Assembly (NCBI GenBank): GCA_030019365.1
Contig: JASEFA010000006.1
Coordinates: 56,393 to 120,392 of the forward strand
DNA: 64,000 bases
DNA from: Bacillota bacterium
GTDB lineage: Bacteria; Bacillota; Sulfobacillia; JACIYH01
Direction of reading: 5' to 3'
Below, piece by piece: positions 56,508-64,000 of the stretch. The notes under the pieces are model-generated. The model saw only the letters and a list, made by a program, of their open reading frames with translations, searched no databases and had not been told where the DNA came from. How positions within the stretch are numbered: the first letter of the stretch is position 1; the number at the start of each line of letters is the position of its first letter. Position numbers and translations under genes: made by a program.

Positions 56508-57346
56508 CGAACCGAGGAATCCCAGGTTGCCGAAGGTGAGGAGCTCAACTGCTGCCCTCGCAACCTTTCGATGTCGCCCACCCGCAGGATGCGCCCTTCT
56601 TTGATGATCCCGACCCGGTGGCAGAACTTCTGCACCTCACTGAGGACGTGAGATGAGAAGAAGATGGTCACGCCGCGCCTGTTCTCCGCCCCGAGCAGGT
56701 CGAAGAAGCGCTTCTGGATGAGCGGGTCCAGGCCGCCCGTGGGTTCGTCCAGGATGAGAAGCCGGGGCGAATGGAGGAGTGCCTGCGCGATGCCCACCTT
56801 CTTCTTGTTACCGAGGGAAAGGTTCTCGATGCGGGCCTCCAGGTCCAAATCCAGCGCTTCCGCCAGTTCCCGGCCTCTCCCGGAACAGTCCTTCCCGTAG
56901 AACCTCTCCGAGTACGCGAGGAGATCCTTCACACGCATGTCGCCGTAATAGCCGACCTCGCCGGGCAGGTACCCGACCTGTCGCTTGATTTCCCTGCTCT
57001 TCTCCACGCAGTCCATTCCGAAGATCCGGGCCCTTCCCCTGGTGGGGAAAATGAAGTTCAGGAGGAGGCGGATGGTCGTGGTCTTGCCGGCGCCGTTGCA
57101 GCCGGGGATACAATCCGCAATCTTGGCCCTGGTGTTAGAGAAACAAGTGACGATTCGCCCCAGGTGAGCTAGCCGAAAGTTCTGAGCAATGTAGCTATTT
57201 CCCTGTGTTGACCTAGGGCAACAGCCGTGTTCCGCCACTCCGTGGTGCCGCCTCAGCCCATGCCCGGGATCACCGGCCACAGCCTCGGCCTGCTCAAGGA
57301 ACCCGGAACTCATCGTCAAGCAAGCACCTGCCCACGCGAGAGGCAA
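56498..57346 (-). CDS. ABC transporter ATP-binding protein (5' end built from a repeat element; may be non-functional)
   Basis: GCNGAGKTTTI Walker A, LSLGNKKKVGIAQAL signature and LLILDEPTGGLD Walker B. ABC-like sequence begins only near 57190. The first ~50 codons are antisense to repeat R1. Confidence 0.75.
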   Translation of the reverse strand: MPLAWAGACLTMSSGFLEQAEAVAGDPGHGLRRHHGVAEHGCCPRSTQGNSYIAQNFRLAHLGRIVTCFSNTRAKIADCIPGCNGAGKTTTIRLLLNFIFPTRGRARIFGMDCVEKSREIKRQVGYLPGEVGYYGDMRVKDLLAYSERFYGKDCSGRGRELAEALDLDLEARIENLSLGNKKKVGIAQALLHSPRLLILDEPTGGLDPLIQKRFFDLLGAENRRGVTIFFSSHVLSEVQKFCHRVGIIKEGRILRVGDIERLRGQQLSSSPSATWDSSVRCS

Positions 57347-57415
57347 TCACCTCCTAACCTCGGCCAGCGCGGGGTCAGGGTGGGAGCTTGACTCGGGCTT
57401 GGAGTGGTTATCCCT
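57250..57415 (+). repeat. copy R1 of a sigma region-4-like HTH gene fragment (decayed)
   Basis: By eye roughly three-quarters identical to R2 (offset 520 bp). It encodes MPGITGHSLGLLKE...NLGQRGVRV. Confidence 0.7.
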
Positions 57416-57724
57416 GCCACTCTACCTCTCTGGCCCTAGCGTACTCCACCGGCAACTCGAGGGCATCAGCCCGTCCTCCGCAGCCCCGGCCGCCTCCTGG
57501 AGCAGGCTGGCCGCCTTCGCCAGGGCGCCCGGGTCATCCAACCGGGTGGCACTCTCCAGGGCCTCGAGGCCCCGGCGGATGGCCGGGACGGAAGCCAGGG
57601 CGCGGCGAAAGAGTTCCTCGGTCACGGGTATGTACGCCCGCCTTGCAAGGGGTGCTCATGTTATGCGAAGTGGTTTTCGCCCGATAGCAGGCCGCTTCCT
57701 GCCCGAAAACCGGCCGCGGAAGAC

Positions 57725-57935
57725 CGATTTTCTTCGCCTATTGCGTATTCCACGCAGTGGTTATGCGAAGGAGCTTGTCCGCCATGCCACGCATCACCAC
57801 AGCCCGGGCCTGCTCAAGGAGCACCTCGAACTAATCGAGAAGCACTGCCCACGCGCGAGGCCATGGCCTCCTACCTCGGCCAGCGCGGGTCAAGGTGGAG
57901 GAGCTGGGTTCGGAGCCATACTGGCTATCTTCGCC
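57725..57935 (+). repeat. copy R2 of the HTH gene fragment (decayed, indels)
   Basis: DFLRLL...AMPRIT..GLLKEHLELIEKH..EAMASYLGQRG(V)KVEELGS is collinear with R3 after allowing two frameshifts. Confidence 0.7.
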
Positions 57936-58064
57936 ATCACCACCCACACCCCCTCGCCACCCGAACCCACTTCCCTGCGATCAGCAGATGGAGATGGAGG
58001 ACCAACTGCACCGGGGGGGTGGCCACCGTCGTACAAATAGGGTAGGCCACATGTCCCGGGGTGG

Positions 58065-58330
58065 GTGAATTATTTGATGCACCCCCGGGTGAATTTCTTG
58101 ACCTCTGACACCTCCCCAGTGGACGCCTACCTGCGCCTGTTCGACCGGGTGCTGATGCTGGTGTACTACCGCGTCCCCGAAAAGGCCATGCACCGCATCA
58201 CCGGCACCAGCCCCACCCTCGTGAAGGAGCACCTGGAATGGCGAAGAAACACTTCCCCGACCCGGACGCCATTAAGAACTACCTGGTCGGCCGCGGCGTC
58301 AAGGTCGACGAGCTTGCTTCGCGAGCTTAG
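58065..58330 (+). pseudogene. copy R3: small sigma-70 region-4-like HTH protein, one frameshift
   Basis: DAYLRLFDRVLMLVYYRVPEKAMHRITGTSPTLVKEHLE, with codon-3 GC above 90%. The pattern resembles ECF sigma region 4.2. It continues in the +1 frame as MAKKHFPDPDAIKNYLVGRGVKVDELASRA-stop (58238..58330). Confidence 0.5.
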
Positions 58331-58573
58331 CCGTAATCCGAAACATCCGCACCAGCAGGCACCGTCAGCTTGAGCGTCATGTTGGTTTGGGGCTGAAATT
58401 CGTGCCGCGAATAGTCATAGGCATAGTTAACGAGACAGACGACTCCGCCCCAGGGAGTGCCTGGCTATTGCTGGAAGTGTCGCAGAAGCAGGATGGTGTA
58501 CGCGGTAGGGGCTCTTCCGGTCGTTGAAGCTTTCGGCTCAAGGCAAACGGGCCCCCCCCATACATCAAAAGCC

Positions 58574-59134
58574 TTATGCACAGGCGCAAGCCGCCAGCCG
58601 GCCGAGCTCTTCCGCGCGCGCCAGGGCGCCGCGGTTCGCGGCCACCCCGCCGCGCTTGTCGGCAGCCACCGCCAGGGTCCCCACCAGCCGCATCTTCAGG
58701 AAGCGGAACGACTCTTCGAACATGCCCAGAAGATGGCGCGCCGTCCCGGGGTCGTCGTCTGCGTGGGCGCACAGCACAGCCACACGCTTGCCCTCCATGG
58801 CCTCCCTCACCGGAATGAGGGCATACCACCTGTCAAGGAACACCTTTGTCTGCGCAGAAGGACCCCACCAGTAGACCGGCGTTGCAATGACCAGGCCGGC
58901 GGCCGCCTGCAGCCTGGGATAAAGCTCCTGCATGTCGTCCTTCTGGACACAGTTGCCCCCGGCCCGGCAGCCCTCGCATGCAAGGCAGGGACGGAGGTCC
59001 ATGTCGGCCAGGCAGACCTTCTCCGTGCGCGCACCCTGCCCCGCGGCACCTTCCAGAGCCCGGCTAAGAAGCAGGTCACTGTTGCCGCCTTTACGGGGCG
59101 AGCCCATCACCCCGAGGACGTACACATGCCGCAT
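58574..59134 (-). CDS. iron-sulfur flavoprotein-like NADPH-dependent FMN reductase
   Basis: VLGVMGSPRKGGNSD flavodoxin-like start and the compact Cys motif CLACEGCRAGGNC (Cx2Cx2Cx5C). ATG at 59134 follows GGGAGGGG. Confidence 0.8.
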   Translation of the reverse strand: MRHVYVLGVMGSPRKGGNSDLLLSRALEGAAGQGARTEKVCLADMDLRPCLACEGCRAGGNCVQKDDMQELYPRLQAAAGLVIATPVYWWGPSAQTKVFLDRWYALIPVREAMEGKRVAVLCAHADDDPGTARHLLGMFEESFRFLKMRLVGTLAVAADKRGGVAANRGALARAEELGRLAACACA

Positions 59135-59149
59135 CTTTTCCCCTCCCCC

Positions 59150-59238
59150 CGAAACTGATACACCTCCACCGCGCGCCCGTCCTGCGCCTGTTCGACCCGG
59201 TGCTGGTGCTGGTGTACTACCGTGTCCCCGAAAAGGCC
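59150..59238 (+). repeat. copy R4 of the HTH fragment (5' part only)
   Basis: 59181..59238 matches 58130..58187 at 55 of 58 positions by hand count. Homology ends abruptly at 59238, where low-GC DNA begins. Confidence 0.8.
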
Positions 59239-59667
59239 CGGACTTTTCATTGCGGCCGCAATAATTTTGCAAGCAACACAACGGGGCGCACTGTCTTCAC
59301 GCCGGTCCCTTGTACTATTTGAAGTTTGCACATACCGCGCTCCGTCGCCACAAGCGAACTTTCTGCATCGCGAATGGCATCAAATACGAGCTTCCCTGTG
59401 TTCATAGGACAATGATAGTATCGCTTCTTCATCCCAAAGGTTCCGGACATCCCGCAACATCCCCGTCTATCAGGTTAACCGATAACCCTGGCACTCAACC
59501 CAAAAGCTGTGTCGGCTGATAATCTAAACCTTGATTTCGCAAATGACACGGCTGGTGATTAAGAACTTGGCACCAAGCCTCTCACATTCAAGCGTAAACT
59601 CTCCCAAGTTATGCAGCCTGCACAGATATTGAACGCTCCCCTAACCGGATCGAACGTACGCCTCGCT

Positions 59668-61176
59668 CTAGAACCATCGCTCCCGCACTTCCCTCTCTGG
59701 GAACCACCGCTCGATGACCACCTTGCGATCCGCAAAGAAGTCCAGGACGTCTTTGCCCTGTCCGTGCAGGTCCCCGAAGAACGAATCCTTCATCCCGGCA
59801 AAGGGATAAAACGCCATGGGTGCCACCACACCCACGTTGACCCCCACGTTCCCGCACTCCACCCGGAAGCGAAACTCCCGGGCCCAGGCCCCACTCTGGG
59901 TGTAGATGGTGGCCGCGTTGCCATAGCGGCTCGAGTTAATCAGCTCAATCGCCTCGTCCAGCGTCTCCACCCGCTTCAGGCAACGTACAGGGCCAAATAT
60001 CTCCTCATCGAACACGTGCATACCAGGCTCGGCCTCAAATACCGTGGGACCCAGGAAGTAGCCGTTGGGGTAGCCGGGTACCTTAACACCCCGACCGTCA
60101 AGCAGCAGTTTCGCCCCCTCTCGGATGCCCCGGTCTATGGCCTCATGCAACTTGTGCAAGGCCTCCCGGGACACGACCGGCGCGAGGTCGGTGTCTTCGT
60201 CGAGACCGCACCCCACCTTCAGATTACTGGCCGCCTCCAGGAACTTCTCTTTCAACCGTTCGTATACAGGGCCCACTCCCACCACTACCCCGCCACTCAG
60301 GCACCTCTGCCCGCTGTTGCCGAAGCACGACTCCATGATGTTCGGGATGATGGTGTCCAGGTCGGCATCGGGCATCACCACCAGGAAGTTGTTGGCACCC
60401 CCCTGCGCCTGGCACCGCTTGCCGTGCTCGGCACACATGCGGTAAATCGCCTTTGCCCCCTCCGTGGATCCGACGAACGAAACTCCCTTCACATCGGGGT
60501 GCTCAATAAGGCAAGAGTTTACCTCCCTACCTCCGTTGACCAAGTTCACGACCCCGGGCGGGAACCCCACCTCCTCTATCAGCTCAAACAACCGCTGCTG
60601 GGTTATGGGGCACTGCCGGTTCGGTTTGATGATGTAGGTGTCCCCCAACGCCACCGCCCAGGGCATGAACCAGAACGGCACCATGCCCGGGAAATTAAAG
60701 GGAGGGATCATCGCAAAAACACCAAGCGGCACCCGGATGCTGTATTCCTCTATCCGCGGTGCGATCTGCTCCGAATAATCACCCATCATCAACGTGGGAA
60801 TACCGCAGGCCACCTCCACCATCTCAATCAGCCGCCGCATCTCCCCGTAGGCCGCCCGGTACTCCTTGCCGTGCTCCAGGGTAATCACCCGGGCCAGTTC
60901 CGCCTGCTTCTCCTCCAGGAGGTGCTTAAGGCGGAAGAGGTAACGACACCTCTCCACCGCAGGAGTCGCCCGCCACTCGGGAAACGCCCTCTTGGCCGAC
61001 GCCACGCACTCATCCACCTCTTCTTTGGTGGAAAAGGGGACCAGGGCAAGCACCTCGTCCGTAGCCGGGTTCCTCACCTCTTCCCACACCGAGGAACGGG
61101 ACTCCACCCACTTGCCCCCCACGTAGTTGCGCAGCCGCTCCGCGCCCGCCTCGACCGCGATCCGACAACTACCCAC
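59668..61176 (-). CDS. mmsA: CoA-acylating methylmalonate/malonate-semialdehyde dehydrogenase
   Basis: LRNYVGGKWVES start, FNFPGMVPFW, catalytic GQRCLS and C-terminal FPFAGMKDSFFGDLHGQGKD, typical of MmsA/IolA. GTG start after GGGGGAGGG. Confidence 0.9.
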   Translation of the reverse strand: MGSCRIAVEAGAERLRNYVGGKWVESRSSVWEEVRNPATDEVLALVPFSTKEEVDECVASAKRAFPEWRATPAVERCRYLFRLKHLLEEKQAELARVITLEHGKEYRAAYGEMRRLIEMVEVACGIPTLMMGDYSEQIAPRIEEYSIRVPLGVFAMIPPFNFPGMVPFWFMPWAVALGDTYIIKPNRQCPITQQRLFELIEEVGFPPGVVNLVNGGREVNSCLIEHPDVKGVSFVGSTEGAKAIYRMCAEHGKRCQAQGGANNFLVVMPDADLDTIIPNIMESCFGNSGQRCLSGGVVVGVGPVYERLKEKFLEAASNLKVGCGLDEDTDLAPVVSREALHKLHEAIDRGIREGAKLLLDGRGVKVPGYPNGYFLGPTVFEAEPGMHVFDEEIFGPVRCLKRVETLDEAIELINSSRYGNAATIYTQSGAWAREFRFRVECGNVGVNVGVVAPMAFYPFAGMKDSFFGDLHGQGKDVLDFFADRKVVIERWFPEREVRERWF

Positions 61177-61545
61177 TCTATTCCCTCCCCCGTGTCACGC
61201 TGTGCCCGGCTGACGCTTCACAGCACCCTGCAGAGCGCCAATTGGCCGGCGCACCGGTGCTGCTCGCACCGGCATGGTGCTCACCACACCATCCTCGTCC
61301 TCGGCGTGGACACAACCCCCCGCCGCCCGAACGCGTCCAGCAGGGCCTCCCACCAGCGCCCTCACGCCGGCCGAAGCCCAGGGCGTTGAGCGCTTGAACA
61401 GGCGACCAACCTGCCCGCAAAGCCAGCAGCAGGCCTCCACGTTCGAACTCTACGGCAGCCGCAGCCGTGACCTCCCACTGTCTCTGCCTCCGTGCACCTG
61501 AGGTAGCACCCACGCCGCGTATGCATCCCTGGCCCCTGGAACACC

Positions 61546-62883
61546 CTACCGTCCTGTCACCCGAGCAACCGCCTCACGCAGGACGGATAGGCCCTCCTCA
61601 AGCTGCTCGTCGGTGATCACCAGCGGGGGCAGGAAGCGCAGCACGTTGCCGTAGCGGCCGGCCTTGAGCAGGATCAACCCGTGTTCGTAGGCGTACTGGA
61701 TGATCGCAGCCGTTTCCGCCGTGGCCGGCTCCTTCGTCTCGCGGTCCTTCACCAGTTCCATGGCCACCATGGCACCCAGGGCGCGCACGTCACCGACGAG
61801 CGGGTGGCGCGCCTGCAGGTCGCGGCAGAACTCGGCCAGCCGCTCACCCACCTGCCGACCGCGCGCCAGGATGGCAGGATCATTGATGATCTTCAGCACC
61901 TCCAGGGCCGCGGCACAGGAAAGCGGGTTGCCACCGTAGGTGCCCCCGATGCCCCCCTTGTGCACCGCATCCATGACCTCCGCCTTGCCGATCACCCCCG
62001 CCAGGGGCAGCCCGGCGGCGATGGACTTGGCCACCAGCAAGAGATCGGGCTCGATACCATCGTGCTCCACCGCGAACAGCTTCCCGGTGCGGCCGAACCC
62101 CGTCTGCACCTCGTCCGCCACAAACAGGATGCCGTACTTCTCACAGATCTCCTTCAAACCACGCAGGTACCCGGGCGGGGGCACGATGAACCCGCCTTCC
62201 CCCTGCACCGGCTCCACCACCAGGGCGGCCACGTTCCGCCCGCCCACCTTCTCCTCCAGGCCCTCCTCGAAGGCACCCAGGCAGTAAAGCCCGCAGCCGG
62301 GATGGGTCTTGCCATAGGCGCAGCGGTAGCAGTAAGCGTAGGGGAACCGGTACACCTCGGGCGCAAAGGGGCCGAAGCCGTCCTTGTAGGGCATGAGGTG
62401 GCCCGTGAGGGTCATGGTGAGCAGGGTGCGGCCGTGGAAGGCATGGTCGAAGCACACCACCGCCTGCCGTCCCGTCGCCTTGCGGGCGATCTTCACCCCG
62501 TTCTCCACCGCCTCGGCCCCGCTGTTCACGAACATGTCCTTCTTCGGCGTCGGGCCGGGCGCCACTTTGGCCAGGGCTTCCGCCAGGTCGACGTACGACT
62601 CGTATCCCACCACCATGAAGCAGGTGTGCAGGAAACGGCCCACCTGATCCCGCACTGCTTCGACTACGGGCGGCGGGCAGTGGCCGGCGTTCAGCACTCC
62701 GATACCACCCGCGAAATCGATGAGCACGTTGCCGTCCACGTCCTCGACCACGGCACCCGCCGCCCGCTCCACAAAAAGGGGAGTAGCCGCGGAAACCCCT
62801 GGGGCCACGAAGCATTCTCGCCGCCCAAGCAACTCTTTCGCCCGCGGCCCCGGGACAGCCGTGCGCAACCTGATGAGTCCCAT
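61546..62883 (-). CDS. gabT: class III aminotransferase (4-aminobutyrate / beta-alanine transaminase type)
   Basis: DVDGNVLIDFAGGIGVLNAGH, VVEPVQGEGGF, ADEVQTGFGRTG and the PLP Lys in LVAKSIA. ATG at 62883 follows AAGGAGG at 7 nt. Confidence 0.85.
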   Translation of the reverse strand: MGLIRLRTAVPGPRAKELLGRRECFVAPGVSAATPLFVERAAGAVVEDVDGNVLIDFAGGIGVLNAGHCPPPVVEAVRDQVGRFLHTCFMVVGYESYVDLAEALAKVAPGPTPKKDMFVNSGAEAVENGVKIARKATGRQAVVCFDHAFHGRTLLTMTLTGHLMPYKDGFGPFAPEVYRFPYAYCYRCAYGKTHPGCGLYCLGAFEEGLEEKVGGRNVAALVVEPVQGEGGFIVPPPGYLRGLKEICEKYGILFVADEVQTGFGRTGKLFAVEHDGIEPDLLLVAKSIAAGLPLAGVIGKAEVMDAVHKGGIGGTYGGNPLSCAAALEVLKIINDPAILARGRQVGERLAEFCRDLQARHPLVGDVRALGAMVAMELVKDRETKEPATAETAAIIQYAYEHGLILLKAGRYGNVLRFLPPLVITDEQLEEGLSVLREAVARVTGR

Positions 62884-62994
62884 GACGGATCCTCCTTGCA
62901 TGCGCTTTGTATGCAGACCCCTTCACACCTCCTGCCGGTCGCTCACCCACGTTAGGACAAGTGTGCCCTGCGGAGCCGCGGTGAGCTTGACAGT

Positions 62995-63010
62995 TGCGTT
63001 CCGCTGGCCA
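62995..63010 (-). promoter_or_regulatory. weak sigma-54-type -24/-12 candidate upstream of gabT
   Basis: Minus strand TGGCCA-GCGGA-ACGCA has correct GG-N10-GC spacing but imperfect flanks. It lies ~110 nt upstream of the ATG. Confidence 0.25.
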
Positions 63011-63023
63011 CTATCCGCTATTC

Positions 63024-64000
63024 CTAGTCCCGTCCGCAAGAGAACCTCTCTATGCTCGCCTCGCTCAAATCCATGTCTGGGGAACCATTGACAATCAGTT
63101 CTGCCAGAGCCTCACCTGTGGCCGGAGCGTGTGACATGGCATGAGCGTGTCCAACGGCCAAGATCAGTCCTTCTACCTGCGGCACCGTTCCTAGGATAGG
63201 CAGAGAATCAAACGTGAAAGGCACAAAATTGCTCCAACTCCGTATGATGTTCGCCCGGCGGAGGGCCGGCACCAACCGCACTGCCTTCTGCCCCATCAAA
63301 GTAAGAGCCCTGGGCAACGTCGTCTTATCGTAACCCACGAACTCGCTGGTAGTCCCGATCACCATATTGCCAGACACAGTAGGTTTAATGTAAGGGAATA
63401 TGGAATCCTCGAGTTTCTCGCGCGGAAGCGCTTCTTCTGTGGGAGTTCCTCTGAGTTCCACAGCAAAAGCTAGAACCTTCTCCGGGTGTTCCGCCTCTTC
63501 CTCTGTTACTTCCCGGCCGCCCTGCAGCACGCGGTAAACCAGATCGGGCATAGGTTCTGTCACCATTGATTGCAGCCTCTGCGGCCACACCGGAACGTCC
63601 ACGCCCGCGAGACGCGCAACCTGTCTCCCCCAGCAACCGGCAGCGTTGACCACCACGTCTGTCTCGATCTCCCCGCGAGTCGTCTTCACCCCGCGAACGC
63701 GTCCCCTCTCTACGCGAATACCCGCTACCTCTGTCTCAGTGTTGATTTCCGCCCCGTGCCGCTTCGCTGCCCTTGCGAACGCCAGGCTGACCAGCATGGG
63801 GTTAAGTTGCGCTTCCTCTTCGCACCAGGTCGACCCCACCACTTCCGCTGATACATTGGGTTCGAGGTGCCTCACATCCCCCGCCCAGACGAAACGTACA
63901 GGGACTCCCAGCCGCTGCTTTTCCTGCACCACCTTCTCCATAACGCGGGCCGACGCCTCACTTGTGACCAGCGTCATGCCCCCTCGTTTCTGGTATTCGA
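63024..64000 (-). CDS. FAD-dependent oxidoreductase (DAO family), 5' end outside the window
   Basis: C-terminal two-thirds of a DAO fold (VVNAAGCWG, LAVGHAHAMSHAP). The frame stays open to the window edge (..EYQKRGGMTLV..) and no GxGxxG motif is seen. Confidence 0.8.
   Translation of the reverse strand, partial: EYQKRGGMTLVTSEASARVMEKVVQEKQRLGVPVRFVWAGDVRHLEPNVSAEVVGSTWCEEEAQLNPMLVSLAFARAAKRHGAEINTETEVAGIRVERGRVRGVKTTRGEIETDVVVNAAGCWGRQVARLAGVDVPVWPQRLQSMVTEPMPDLVYRVLQGGREVTEEEAEHPEKVLAFAVELRGTPTEEALPREKLEDSIFPYIKPTVSGNMVIGTTSEFVGYDKTTLPRALTLMGQKAVRLVPALRRANIIRSWSNFVPFTFDSLPILGTVPQVEGLILAVGHAHAMSHAPATGEALAELIVNGSPDMDLSEASIERFSCGRD

Noticed and set aside
57422-57625. 67-codon minus-strand ORF (MTEELFRRALASVPAIRRGLEALESATRLDDPGALAKAASLLQEAAG..) as an intact small gene.
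   Set aside because: Codon-3 GC suggests it was once coding. However, it has no good Shine-Dalgarno sequence, and its 3' end dissolves into repeat R1. It is treated as a gene fragment within the mosaic.
59568-59573. TGGCAC motif on the plus strand in the low-GC insert.
   Set aside because: No TTGC element at the required distance, and no plus-strand gene downstream.
61178-61513. 111-aa minus-strand ORF filling the gabT-mmsA spacer and ending at the mmsA Shine-Dalgarno sequence.
   Set aside because: Its composition (Arg/Gly/Trp/Cys/Ala-rich) and mixed codon-3 usage are not protein-like, and no motif is recognisable. The region is kept as an unexplained spacer, not a gene.

Overview
High-GC (~68-70%) window with Bacillota-type gene order; nearly every gene is on the minus strand. 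All calls come from reading the sequence and ORF track by eye, with no database search.

Gene content (minus-strand transcription order within each block):
- Riboflavin operon: FMN riboswitch, ribD-ribE-ribBA-ribH.
- An MNT nucleotidyltransferase with what looks like a truncated HepT toxin, then a cupin.
- dapF plus a branched-chain amino-acid ABC transporter (livK-livH-livM::livG fusion-livF), next to a PAS/sigma-54 activator.
- rqcH and an alpha/beta hydrolase.
- A complete pyrimidine operon, pyrR-pyrB-pyrC-carA-carB-pyrK-pyrD-pyrF-pyrE. It has two PyrR attenuators and an internal carA promoter.
- A ~12.8 kb block between pyrR and rluD: gntR, LeuCD-type dehydratase, icd, a PAP2::amidase fusion, a cysteine-poor ArsA/Get3-like ATPase pair with an unassigned 122-aa protein, cstA, and a LytS/LytTR pair.
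- yteA-like, lspA, rluD; a YtcJ-like amidohydrolase; DUF1540; TSUP/DUF1634.
- secD-secF-aminotransferase; an HD protein; selB; CPBP; a HAD hydrolase.
- From ~55 kb, a lower-GC decayed mosaic. It holds a TetR pseudogene, ABC transporter remnants, four copies of a sigma region-4-like HTH fragment and an Isf-type flavoprotein.
- Last, mmsA, gabT and a partial FAD oxidoreductase.

I saw no rRNA, tRNA, CRISPR array or intact transposase.

Most interesting: the ArsA-like pair with its small tail-anchor-like partner, the PAP2::amidase fusion, the dehydratase-icd operon, and the decayed repeat mosaic.

Many long ORFs in the track are antisense artefacts of the high GC content. Several gene starts were re-set using codon-3 GC, Shine-Dalgarno sequences and ATGA/GTGA overlaps, and remain predictions.
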